From: Vicugna vicugna
Lineage: Eukaryota
Direction of reading: 5' to 3'
DNA length: 64,000 nt
NCBI GenBank assembly: GCA_013265495.1
Contig: MU058687.1
Span: 930,001 to 994,000, forward strand
Under the pieces are notes generated by a model. The model saw only the letters and a list, made by a program, of their open reading frames with translations. It was not told the DNA's origin and searched no databases. Every line of letters starts with the position of its first letter. Position 1 is the first letter of the stretch. A program made the position numbers and the translations under genes. Shown here piece by piece: positions 52,729 to 64,000 of this stretch.

Positions 52729-53599
52729 TCAGTAAGTATTAACAAAGCAAATATCTGTGTAATTACCACTTGGTTCAAGAAGTAGAACATTGTTAGCACT
52801 TCAGAAACCCTACTTATAACCATCACGCCTCCTTGGTCAGTATCCTTTTCTTTGTCCTCAAAGGCAACCACTACCTTTACTTTTAACACTATAATTTCAT
52901 TTTGCCTATTTTTGAACTATATGTAAAGTCAATTATACAGTAAATATTCTTTTGAATTTCCATCTTTTACAGTTTTCTTGATGGTACATTATTGGATTAT
53001 ATAAACAAAAGTGCACAAATCATTAGTGGTACAGCTTGGTGAACTTTTCATAAACTGATCATACCCATGTAACCAGCACCCAGATTAAGAAACAGCATTA
53101 GCATCTCCCTTTCTGCCTGTTTCCAGTCACTATTCCTTCACTGTCCTGAAACTAACACTATATATCAATTTTGTCTATTTTTGAGCTTATATATGTGAAG
53201 ACATAGTTCGTATTATTTTCTGTCTAGCTTCTTTTGCTCAGCATTGTTTGTGAGATTCATCTGAGTTGTTTCATGTGTAGTTCATTTATTCTCTTTGCTG
53301 TTTGTATTTCATTATATAAATATATCACAGCTTATCTGTTCTAGTATAGGTGGATATTTGTGTTGTTTTCCAGTTTTCAGCCATTACAAATAGTGTTGCT
53401 TTGAGCATTTTTGTACATGTCCTCTGGTGAACATATATATTTCCATTGGTTTCTGTTGGCTTAGGAGTGGGATTCCTGGGTCATAGACTCTGGGGCTGTT
53501 CAGCTTTAGTAGACAGTGCCAAATAGTATTTCAGAGTGGCCATCCCAATTTACACTCCCACCAGCAGTGTATGAGAGTTCCATTTGTTCCACTCTTTGG

Positions 53600-53843
53600 C
53601 TCGCAGCTGCATAACTCCATTCCTGCCTTCTCCATCACGTGGCATTCTCTGTGAATGTCTTCAGATGGCCATCTTATAAGGAGATTGGGGACCATATTAG
53701 ATTGGGGCCCATCCTACTCCAGTATAACCTCATCTTAATTAATTACATCTATAACAACCCTATTTTCAAATAAGGTCGCATTTTGAGGTACTAGGGGTTA
53801 AGACTTAAACAACTTCTTTGGAGGGGGACACAGTTCAACCTGT
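53600..53843. mobile_element. MLT1-like (MaLR) LTR fragment
   Basis: ctccagtataacctcatcttaattaattacatct...ggggacacagttcaacc. Confidence 0.65.
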
Positions 53844-55169
53844 AGCAATTGTGATAGTAATGGACATCTGTTCTCAATCTCAGTGGGAAAACTTTTCACA
53901 ATTAAGTGTGATGTTTGCTGTATTTTTCTTAGTAAATACTCTGTGTAAGATTAAGGAAGTTCCCTTTTATTTCTGGCCTGCAGATCTTTTTAAAAATCAT
54001 AAATGGGTGTTGAAATTTATCATATTTTTCTGGATCTAATGAGATGATCATCTGATTTTCTCCTTAAATTTAGTCTAAGGTGATTCACATTTATTTTTTT
54101 AGTTTTTGAAGAGAATTTCAATTGAAATATTAAAATTATAAGTAAGTGGGATTTCTGAGTTGGGTGATGTTCTGTTTCTTGATCAGTACATAAGTGTGAT
54201 TGGTTTGTGAAAATCTACTAAGCTGTACACTTATGATGAATAGTTTTAGATGTATAGTTTATATTTCAATAAAAGTTAACAGAAACACAAATTCCTATTT
54301 GAGAATGAAAAGCCCTTTCTTCTGAAGAAAGCTTAGCTGCCCCATTTTTCACTCACATCCACCTCCTAAGAGAGGTGAAGATCTAGGTTGTTAAGATGAA
54401 AGCAAGGTCAAATCTTTAAGTGGTGCACAACTGACACACTGACACAATTAGAAGTCTCAGAGTTAGTTTAGATAGTTGGGTTTTTTTTTTCTTCTTCCAA
54501 ATTCAGTGTGTATCAGATTTGTTTTTCAGTAATTCACTCAAGCCAAAGGAGATCATGTTTAGTATTATGATGAGAGATTGGATTATTTTCTAAGTCGTCC
54601 TCTCTAGGTAATCTTGTATCTGGTTTTTGTTAACTTTCCTTTAGTTGAGATACTCCAACATGAATTTTTCTGTGTTGAGTTATTCTAAAGAATTCCATTT
54701 CTCCCGTTTCACAATACCTACAGAAATTGATGTAGTCTTACACTGTTTTCAAAATACATTTCCATTCTTCACAGATTTGTTCCCAGTTGGATTTTTTTTT
54801 TAGAATTGAATTAAATCTATTAATTTAATTTGAGAAGAACTGACATCTTCATAATTTTTTCTCTTTTCTTTCGGAACCATGATAAACCGCTCCATTATTT
54901 AAAGTCTAGTTTTATCCCACTCGGATTTGATTCTGTGTGGTTCGGTAGTTTCCTTTATATACATTCTACATATTTCTTATTAGTGTTGTTCCTACTTGTT
55001 TCGTAGTTTTTGTTGTTGTTGCTGCGATTGTTGCTACTGTGAATGGAATCTTTTTTTTTTTTTTTTTCATTCAAAAATGAACCCGTAGAGCGATAGGATC
55101 TCTACCACCCCTTTCAGCTGCGAGACTCTATGGTTCCTCGGTTCTATGAGAATGTTGAGCTCGCACCTA

Positions 55170-55800
55170 CATTATCCGAACCGGAAGGAAGATGGCAACC
55201 GAGAGTCGCCAAGCAAAGGGCTGCTCTATCTTGCCTTTGTTCTCATCTCGGTGGTTATTGCGCAGGCGCAGTCGCCACAGTACGGTCCCCGCCTTCCCGG
55301 TCGCGGGCCCAGCTCCGGAGCGCCGGCGCACTGGCGCGCTCCGTTTACACGCTCCGGGGCCTGTAGGCGCCGCGAGTTCCGGCTGTCGCCGTCGCCGCCG
55401 CGGCTCCTAGAGGTCGGTTGCGACGAGTAACGGCGCCAGGACGAGCCCTGCGCCTCCTTCTCCGATATGTACCCGAATTGGGGCCGGTATGGCGGGAGCA
55501 GCCACTATCCGCCGCCGCCGGTCCCGCCGCCGCCGCCGGTGGCCCTTCCTGAGGCCTCGCCAGGGCCCGGGTACTCGAGCTCGACGACTCCCGCGGCCCC
55601 CTCCTCCTCCGGCTTCATGAGCTTCCGCGAGCAGCACCTGGCGCAGCTCCAGCAGCTGCAGCAGATGCACCAGAAGCAAATGCAGTGCGTGCTCCAGCCC
55701 CATCACCTTCCTCCGCCCCCTCTGCCGCCCCCGCCAGTGATGCCGGGGGGCGGCTATGGGGACTGGCAGCCACCACCGCCACCGATGCCTCCGCCACCTG
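55170..55800. promoter_or_regulatory. YLPM1 CpG-island promoter
   Basis: Dense CpG. ETS CCGGAAG 55181, YY1-like AAGATGGC 55189, NRF1 consensus TGCGCAGGCGCA at about 55260-55270, GC box CCCCGCC at about 55287. Confidence 0.85.
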
Positions 55801-56339
55801 GTCCGGCTCTCAGCTATCAGAAGCAGCAGCAGTACAAACATCAGATGCTCCACCACCAACGAGACGGGCCTCCTGGTTTGGTTCCCATGGAGCTGGATTC
55901 GCCCCCTGAATCTCCCCCAGTACCACCGGGGTCCTATATGCCCCCGTCTCAGTCTTACATGCCCCCACCTCAGCCGCCACCTTCGTACTACCCCCCGGCC
56001 TCGTCTCAGCCCTACCTGCCTCCCGCTCAGCCGTCCCCTTCTCAGTCCCCACCTTCCCAATCCTACCTGGGGCCCACCCCCTCTTATTCTTCCTCATCCT
56101 CCTCCTCGCAATCCTATTTGAGCCATTCCCAGTCCTACTTGCCCTCTTCTCAGGCATCTCCTTCCCGCCCCTCCCAAGGCCATTCTAAATCCCAGCTACT
56201 AGCTCCACCACCACCGTCTGCCTCTTCTGGGAATAAGGCAACTGTCCAGCAAGAGCCTTTGGAAAGCGGGGCCAAGAACAAGAGTGCTGAACAGCAGCAA
56301 GCTGCCCCTGAGCCAGATCCCTCTACGATGACTCCACAG
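55467..56339 (+). CDS. YLPM1: YLPM1 (YLP motif-containing protein 1, ZAP3) coding exon 1, 291 codons, Pro/Ser/Gln-rich
   Basis: MYPNWGRYGGSSHYPPPP N-terminus with SYMPP/PYLPP/SYLP motifs; donor CAG|gtaaga at 56339/56340. Exon 2 was not seen in the window. Confidence 0.96.
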
Positions 56340-58729
56340 GTAAGAAAGCATCTGCCCAGAACGCCTCTCTCACCTAGGGGGCCCTAAGTGAGCAGACCTG
56401 GGGGCTTTACCCAGTGATTAGCCTAATTCCAACACACAGTAACTAGCTAATTTACACTCCAAAGGATTCCGTAAAAGTCAGAGGTCTGACATCCATGCTT
56501 TTAAACTAGCTACATGTGGATTATTAAGAGAATAGTGTGAAGATACCTCTAAACCCCGGAGTATTGGTATGGCTCAAGAGTTTACTTCTCAGATGTATTC
56601 CTTGGTTTCCATTGATCAACCTTCTAGATTTTGTTGCTGTTGAAAAGGTTTGGTTTTTTTTTTTTTTTAATTGTAACTTAAACTAAAATTCTGTTTGAGA
56701 GGCAGCATGAAAAAGAAACTTCTCAAAGGGCTTACACTTGAAATGCATGTAACTCTTACGACCAGTTAGCTTCTTTAAAAAAAAAATTAAGGGTCACTGG
56801 TAGCTATCAGCTTCCTGAATTAAGAGGTCTCAACAAATGAAGAATGGAAAATTTGTTCTAATCAGGAGCATCTTAGTTATATTTATGGATATGTATATAA
56901 TACTTAGGAAGTCTACATATTTGATCTTTTGAGGAGCTTATTGGTCATTTAAGGAGTTGACTCATGCATTCTTTCTCACATCACTTGAAGATACTTTTAA
57001 GACATGACCAATTTGCTGAATTGCGTGTTGTTACCATTTACTCCTGAGTAACAGCCTTGAATTTGGCCAGGTTTTAAAAAAAAAAAAATTCATGATAGCT
57101 CTTCATAAGAAAGCCATTATTCTAAACTTCTATTTGAAGTGATGCTTCCCTGTCAAAGATTGATGGGATAACAGTAATAAATGAATTCCTCCCTTAAGAA
57201 AGAAGATAGGATTAAACTGGAAGAAATCATCTGTTCTGATTTCTTAAGATAGACACTTTTAGCAATTAGTAGTCTACCTAGATTCCCTAATGAAAAAAGA
57301 GAATCTTTTCATCCACAAGCTTAGATTTACATATAAAAGATTTACAATAGATAGGGATGCAGCATTCTAATTTTACAGTAGTTTGGCATTAGAAATTAAG
57401 AAAACAAAACAAGTTGTTTTAAATAAGCAAGATGTGCTTGGCACATCATTAAGAGAAAACACTTGAGGTAATGGGTAAAACAGTTGAATAAGAGATTCTG
57501 TTAGCTTACCATATTAGTACCATCTGACCAGCTTATTTTCCTAGATTCTTCTATTACAGTAGAGACAGAATTTCTGCTCTCTTTATCACCCTACTCTGAA
57601 ATTTCCAGTGCTTTTGTAGTTAAACACTTTCAGAGTTAGTCAAGCCAAAATATGACATTTATATCCTCATTTCTTCTAGACTTTTTCTGGCCCGTTAGAA
57701 AGACAGATGAATTGTTTTTTGGTAGTAGGGGGTGATTAGACCGATCCTTAATATAAATACCATGAACACTGCTTTTGGCTTTTCTGCCTTTGTACCCTTG
57801 TCTATAGTGAACTCCTTTTGGTGCTTTGAATATTCAGTGCCTTAAATTTTTTGATGAGAGCCAGAAAGAAAGTGGTGGAAGATGAGGTTTGAAAGGTATG
57901 AGTGGGCCTCTTTAGGTTTTCTTACTTCTGTCTAGAATTTGTCCCAACTTCCTCAGCCCTGCCACCCTCTTAGAGTTGTATTGCTTTCAGGGCACATCTC
58001 AAGTATCGGTCTCTGTGAAGCCATGCCTGAGCCTCCCCATGTGGTTTGGTACTGTTCTTCACATTGTAGGTCCCTTGCAGACACTGTCCACTTACCTTTT
58101 TATCCCCTGTAGCATGTAGGTCAGTGCCTTGCAAATTGTAGGCTCTCCACAAAGACCTGAGTAAGATACAAGAGTTGTCATGTTTTAGACTTGGGATACT
58201 TTGGTTTATTAGATAATAAACATTTTTTTTCATGCTAGTGCCAATCTCTGAAACTTAACCCTTCTGCACATTTATTATTTTTTGATTTATATTTTATTTT
58301 TGGAATAGTTCATTAAAATTTTTTATGGTGAAAGATGTTAAACATGCACAGAAGTAGAGAAAATGGTATGATTCCTCCATATACCCATCACTGACTTCAA
58401 CAGCTATCAAGATTTTGCTGTATTTATTTCACTTAGGCCTTTATTGTTGTTGTTCTTGCTGAAATATTTTAAAATGAATCTTAGATCTCAAGTAATTTGA
58501 TTCCTTCATTCTTAATTAGACATCTTTAAAAAAAAAAAAAAGGACCCTTTCTTAGGTAAACACATAACACCTAACAGAATTGACAGTTTCTATCATCTGA
58601 TACCTGATCCATTCAGATTTTCCCTATTGTCTCATCATACTAATAAAAATAATTCCTTGGTATTATCCATGTTAAAATTCCCCAATGGACTCAATAATGT
58701 TTTGTTGGTTTGTTCAAATCGAAATCCAA

Positions 58730-58915
58730 CATAGACATTCTTGGGTAGAATAATTTTGTTGCAGGGCTGTCCTGTGCATTGTAGGATGTTAGCAGAATCT
58801 CTGGCCTCTACCTACTAGATCCCAGTAGCAGTCCCCAGTTGTAACAACCAAAAATGTTTCCAGACATTGCCAAATATCCCCTGGGGGCAAAATCACTCTC
58901 ACTTGAGAACCCTTG
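58730..58915. mobile_element. MER20 hAT-Charlie element
   Basis: ggctgtcctgtgcattgtaggatgtt...ccagacattgccaaat...cccctggggg. Confidence 0.8.
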
Positions 58916-59689
58916 ACTTAGGCTAGTCTCTCCTGTTCTCTTTTTCTACCCCCCGTCATTGAGCTTGATAAAAAAATCTGTGGTAGTTGTCCTGTTGACT
59001 GTCCCATGCTCTGGATTTGTCTGTCATCTCGTGGTGTCATTTGACTTGTTCCTCTCTCCCATGTGTTTCATAAACTAAACATTAACTCTGAAACCTTAGA
59101 TTGAAGATTACCTTTCTTTTGGTAAGTGGACTTCATAACCTAGGTAGTGCTGTGTACTTCACTGGCATCCCCATCAGGAGATACTCAGTACCTAGTCATC
59201 CCACAGTTAGTGGTGCCAAAATTGATCAGGGGGTGACAGTCTGATTCCTCCACTGTAAAGCTTCCCATCAATCTTGCATCTAATGTTTCATCTAGTGGTT
59301 CATCCATTGATGGTCTTTGCGTGAGTAGATTATTTCTTCATTAGAGTTTGCAACATGATGACTTTTTCTGCCATTTCTTCTACATTTACTGTACTGAATT
59401 CTGTAAAGAAAGATTTTCACTCATGAGCTAGGGTTATTTGATTGGAAATACAGTTAGTATAGAAAAGACAGGGTAGATACTTAGTATTCTTCCATTTAAT
59501 TTCTGGTTTACAGAGTTAAGTGCTGGTGATTTAATGGAGTATGTCTTTTGAATTATCTTTTCTGTGTGTTTAAAGGACTGGCTAGGTAAAATGCATATGG
59601 TCTTTTTTTCATGAATTGTGATTTATTCTTCTGTTCTCAAAACTTATTTAGATAAAGCTGTTGACTTTGATTAGAGTTTTTAGTCATTA

Positions 59690-61130
59690 TTTAATATTCA
59701 AATATTGAGTAACAACTATGTGCCAAGAACTGTGCTTAGTACCAGAGATGAAATGGTGAGCAAAATAGACATGGTACCTGCCCTCACTGACTTGTCCCGA
59801 TGGGGAGAAAGACATTTAATAAGTAATTAAGAGAAGTGCACAGTACTGTAAGATTATAAAATAGAAAATATCACTAGACTGTTCCATAAGGAATAGAAAA
59901 GGCAAGCTTTTTAAAGCTCACCATTGTTTTCACAGTGCCTTGCTCAGGGTCTAACACAGAGTAGGTGAAGGATAAATATTTTTCAAATGATTAAATATAG
60001 TTGGGCACTCTGACCTTTATTGAAGAGGTCTCCCTTTGCAAGTAATATTTAAATGAAACCTGAAGAATGGATAGGAATTAACCAGATAAGAATTCAAAGA
60101 ATTAAGTTCAGTAAGGCTTACTGAAAGCTCAGGTAGAGAATGGTAGGTCCAAACCAGACCAGGGGGTACCTATGAGGACTTTATCCTAAGGGCAGTAGGA
60201 AGCCACTGAAGGATTTTATATAGGCAGATGTGACAGACTGGCTTTTTTGAAAGTTCACTCTGCTTTGCAATGTGGATAGTGGAATCGAAAGGAGCAAGAG
60301 TGATTTGGAGAGAATAGTTAATAGAGTAATCCAGGCAAGAGTTCGTCATGACTTGGACTTGGATGGTGATGGATGAGATGGAGAGAAGTGGAAAGACTGG
60401 AGAAATATTAGGTGCTAGAATCCAATTGGAGATTGAATAGTAGTGGAGAGGAAGGTATCAAGGATGATTCCTGGGTTTCTAGGGTAGGCTGCTGAGTGGA
60501 TGGTGGTTCCATATACTAATAAAATAGGAAAACCACAGGAGAGGAAGAACAGATCTGGGATGAGGGGGAAATGATGAGTTAAGTTTTAGACTTACTGAGT
60601 TTAAGATCCTTGAGACATAAGATTCCAAGTGGTGATGTCCAGTTGGAAGTTAGATATAGGTCTGGAGTCCAGGAGCGAGATCTGGGAAACATGATAGACT
60701 TGTGAGTCATCAGCACAAAAATGGTATTTGAAGGCACAGAAATAGGTGAAGTCTCTTGCAGAGTATGTGTAGAGTAAGAATAGAGTTGAAAGGAGATTGA
60801 GCCTAGCCCTGCAGAATCAGTATCTAAGAGAACCAGTGGGAAGAAAGGCCAAATAAGTATATGGAAAATCAGAACAGCACAGGGCCACAGAAGTGAAGGG
60901 AAGACTGTTTCTAGGAGGAGGGAGTGGTCAGCTGTGTCACTGCTGAGAGGTCAAGTAAGATGAAGGCTGTGAGTTATCTTTTGCATTTACTGACATGTAG
61001 ATTATTGTTGACCTTGGCAGGAGCAGTTTCATAGTGACTGAAGCCATATTGCATTGATTTGAGGAGTGATGGAAGGTGAGGAAATGGGGATGGTGAGTAT
61101 AGACAACTCTTTCAAGAAGTTTGACTGAAG
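59690..61130. mobile_element. LINE-2 fossil
   Basis: L2 3'-end-like tattgagt...actatgtgcca and a purine-rich L2 body. Confidence 0.65.
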
Positions 61131-62311
61131 GAGAGAGAGAGAGTGTGGGCAGGAGCTGGAGGAAGGGGCAAAGTAAAATAGTTTTTTTGTTTTTTAAGGT
61201 GGGGCTAAGATTATCTGGTGATGTAATTCCTGGAGTAGAATATGAACCTCAAAAATATTGGAAATAAATATATTTTAAGTACGTTTTAAAAATGGAAATC
61301 CATTTCATTGTTTTACCAAGTGCCCCCCCGCCCCCGACCACCCCCACCTTTTGGATATGATACTGAGCATTTAATGTTATAGGCATTTGTAATAATCAAC
61401 CTGGATAGGAAAGGTAACCTTTTGAAATTAATCTTTAAAACACCACACACACACATACACATGTGTTCATTTGTTCATTCTCTCTCTCTCTCCCTCTCCT
61501 TCCTCCTTTATATTTCCCTACTTGGAGAATCATTTAGTATCTAGTTTATTACTGTACTGGTAGCAAGTGGTCAGTAAGTACGTACTGAATTAATTAGCAT
61601 CTTTTGTGGTAATGATATTTGTGACAAATACATCCTTACTTTTTAACTCCATTCAGTCTCTTTTTGAATGTGACTTGTACTATGATTTTCCTCAACCTAT
61701 GAACTAACATCCCATATAAGATGGAGTTTCCTGATGTAATGGGACATTCAGAAAAACTGGCTACTAGTTTGGCTTCATTAGCAAGTCCAGGCAGGTTTTA
61801 TTCCTTTCTAAAATAGAGATAAATCGACCTTCTGTGGGGTCACTGAGGACATTTCTGAATGATTTCATCATTATTCATTTGTAGAGCTTTAAAAATGTGC
61901 CAAATCCTCATCCTAGGATTGAATTTGATCTGGTTTCTGCTTATTGGGTTCATATTAAATAGAAATTGACCTGCAGTGCACGCTGTCAGTAAATCAACAA
62001 CCACTTGAGCTCCTAACACAGTTCTTAACCTTAGACTAAGTCTAAGACAAAGAAAGCATGAGAATAAGGTGTGTACAAATTGATAAAAAATCTAGACCTG
62101 AATGATCTTTATATCTGTAGCCACTGACTTCTAGTTTATAAAAGATCGTTTGCACCTTTGTATCTTTTGGTGATGCTTTCAAAGCACCTTTAAAAAAAGG
62201 AAACTTTTAACTTCTGCTGAAAAGAATTTATTAATTTTTTAAAGCTGAAAGATAAACCTGTTGCTATTTTCAGTATTTTTATAAAATAATGGAAGAAAGT
62301 TTAAAAAAAAA

Positions 62312-62388
62312 TTTTAAGGCACTGGGAATTGAACTGAGGACCTCATGCATGCAAAGCATGCATTCTACCATTGAGCTATACCCTCCCC
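62312..62388 (-). mobile_element. tRNA-derived SINE (Vic-1-like), short form
   Basis: Reverse complement of the family core in YLPM1 intron 1. Confidence 0.8.
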
Positions 62389-63535
62389 ACTGAAAATATT
62401 TTAATACTACATTATTGTTGACTATAATGGTTGATGTGCTTTTTTTTTTTCATATTGAATAGTAAAAGTAGTTATATCCCAGGAGCTGATGATTATGTAT
62501 ATGATAATTAAAAACAAACAAACAAAAAAACCTCACCAATGACCCAAACTTCAAGATGGAGTTAGTGAGATGAAATACATTCTTCCCAATGGATTGCAGC
62601 AAGTTTCAGGTCATGGAAATTAGTAGCCTGGAAGGGAAGTCTTTAGCTGATCAACAACTATTTGTTGATGTTCTATTGTGTGCTCCAGCACTATGCTTAA
62701 GCACCAGATAGGTTACAAGAAAGGCATGAGACATATCTCTCCCAAAAAATTACATTCTGTGAGTGAAAAATAACAAAACAGTATGTTTAGTGAAAAAAGA
62801 GTATATATTACATATATTTGCATGTGGAAAATTGGAGAGAATATATGATAAAATAGTAAAAATGTAAGAAATCTTGGTTATACAAAGATAATGAATTCTA
62901 GTGAATGCAAGTAAAATGAATCAATTTAATACAAGGACCAAAAGTTTATCATAAAAAGTAAAAAATTTGCTTTGGGACACAATCTTGAAAAACAGCTCAA
63001 AAATCATGAATGGCTGAGTCTTGGAGTTTACAAAGAATAAAGTGTAGATTAGGTTTCTGTACTATAATTTTTTGTGACAAAATTATATGACAACATTATA
63101 GTATCTTTTATTTCATTTTTGGATATGTTGAAAAAATGTTTTACGGATTTATAAATTTTCCCAGGGGCTGTTTTTCAGCCTTTAGTGCTCATGTCATTCT
63201 CTTTTGTAGTTCCTATTAGAAAAAATTATTTTGGGTTGTTAACTGGTAGTACTTAGTTCCTCAGCTATCAGTAATGAGTTCCAAAGTTCTCCAAAATCAC
63301 TTTCATAAAATCCTGTATCTTTATAATTTAAGTAGGAATATATGATGTTGTTAATTATAGAATTATATAGGGCAGTTCATTAGTGAATATTTTAGTGTTG
63401 GGACAATTTTTTTTTCCTATGTAACCTTGTAACCATGGGGAATTAGGTAATGAACACTGGGATAATGGAGATCCTGTAGTTATTTCTGAGCAGTGAGGTT
63501 TTTTAATTGATTTTAATTAGTTATTGCTTATTTTG

Positions 63536-64000
63536 TATAGTCAAGTCTCTTTATTCAAGGTATTTATGTTTTATAAAATTGTCAAGAGCACTGAATTAGT
63601 GAATACTGAACCATTGCTCCTAGAGGAAATATGGGGTTAGGTTCCTGTGGGCGTTTGGTCACATTTTCATCAACCAGTCAATATGTAACCTTGTTTCTTA
63701 TGTGTTTCTGTTTGAAGATACCTTATTTAATGTATATTGTTATTCATTAACATTGAACTCACAGCCAACAGCACTAACTCTTGCCTGAACGAAGCTTATC
63801 CAACACAGGTATTTTCTCAAGGCACATCACAGCCTTCCTTCACTTAGGAACACAAGACAGTATTTCAGCAGTATGCTTGGCAGTCATTTTAAACAGGAAA
63901 ATCTTCAACAAAATGCACAGAAATGTGAAAAATGTGGCCCTGAATAGACCTTGAAAAAACATTTGTTTAAATTATAAGAAATAAAAAGGCAGAACATGGC
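63536..64000. mobile_element. MER82-like Tigger (TcMar) element, runs to the window edge
   Basis: cactgaattagtgaatactgaaccattgctcctag...ggttaggttcctg. Confidence 0.7.

Noticed and set aside
55407..56157. Antisense and alternative-frame ORFs over YLPM1 exon 1
   Set aside because: Shadows of GC-rich Pro/Ser codon usage.
60107..60125. Perfect 9-bp inverted repeat ttcagtaag-g-cttactgaa (similar short hairpins near 13819 and 62028)
   Set aside because: Short, isolated and plausible by chance in 64 kb.
1..64000. CRISPR arrays, operons, rRNA or prokaryotic defence systems
   Set aside because: The sequence is intron-rich mammalian DNA; I saw no repeat-spacer array or dense coding region.

Overview
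Mammalian genomic DNA, probably camelid (alpaca or camel), inferred from a tRNA-derived SINE family. It is not prokaryotic, so most ORFs in the supplied track are noise. Three genes are present. (1) The 5' part of AREL1 (HECT E3 ligase) on the minus strand, with two putative non-coding exons and three coding exons. (2) The complete 8-exon FCF1/UTP24 gene (PIN-domain pre-rRNA nuclease, 198 aa) on the plus strand, head-to-head with AREL1 on a compact ETS-rich CpG promoter. (3) The CpG-island promoter and first coding exon of YLPM1 on the plus strand. Introns and intergenic DNA are full of retroelements and DNA-transposon fossils. The most unusual element is a TSD-flanked 2.7-kb LINE-1 in FCF1 intron 4. 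It keeps the 5'UTR, ORF1, 3'UTR and polyA but lacks nearly all of ORF2, like a half-L1 or spliced L1, and its promoter end lies 187 bp from FCF1 exon 5. Also notable are a young 5'-truncated L1 with an unbroken ORF2 and a perfect 18-bp TSD, and a uORF-dense AREL1 leader exon. Gene and repeat names come from recognition, not database searches, and boundaries of old repeats are approximate.
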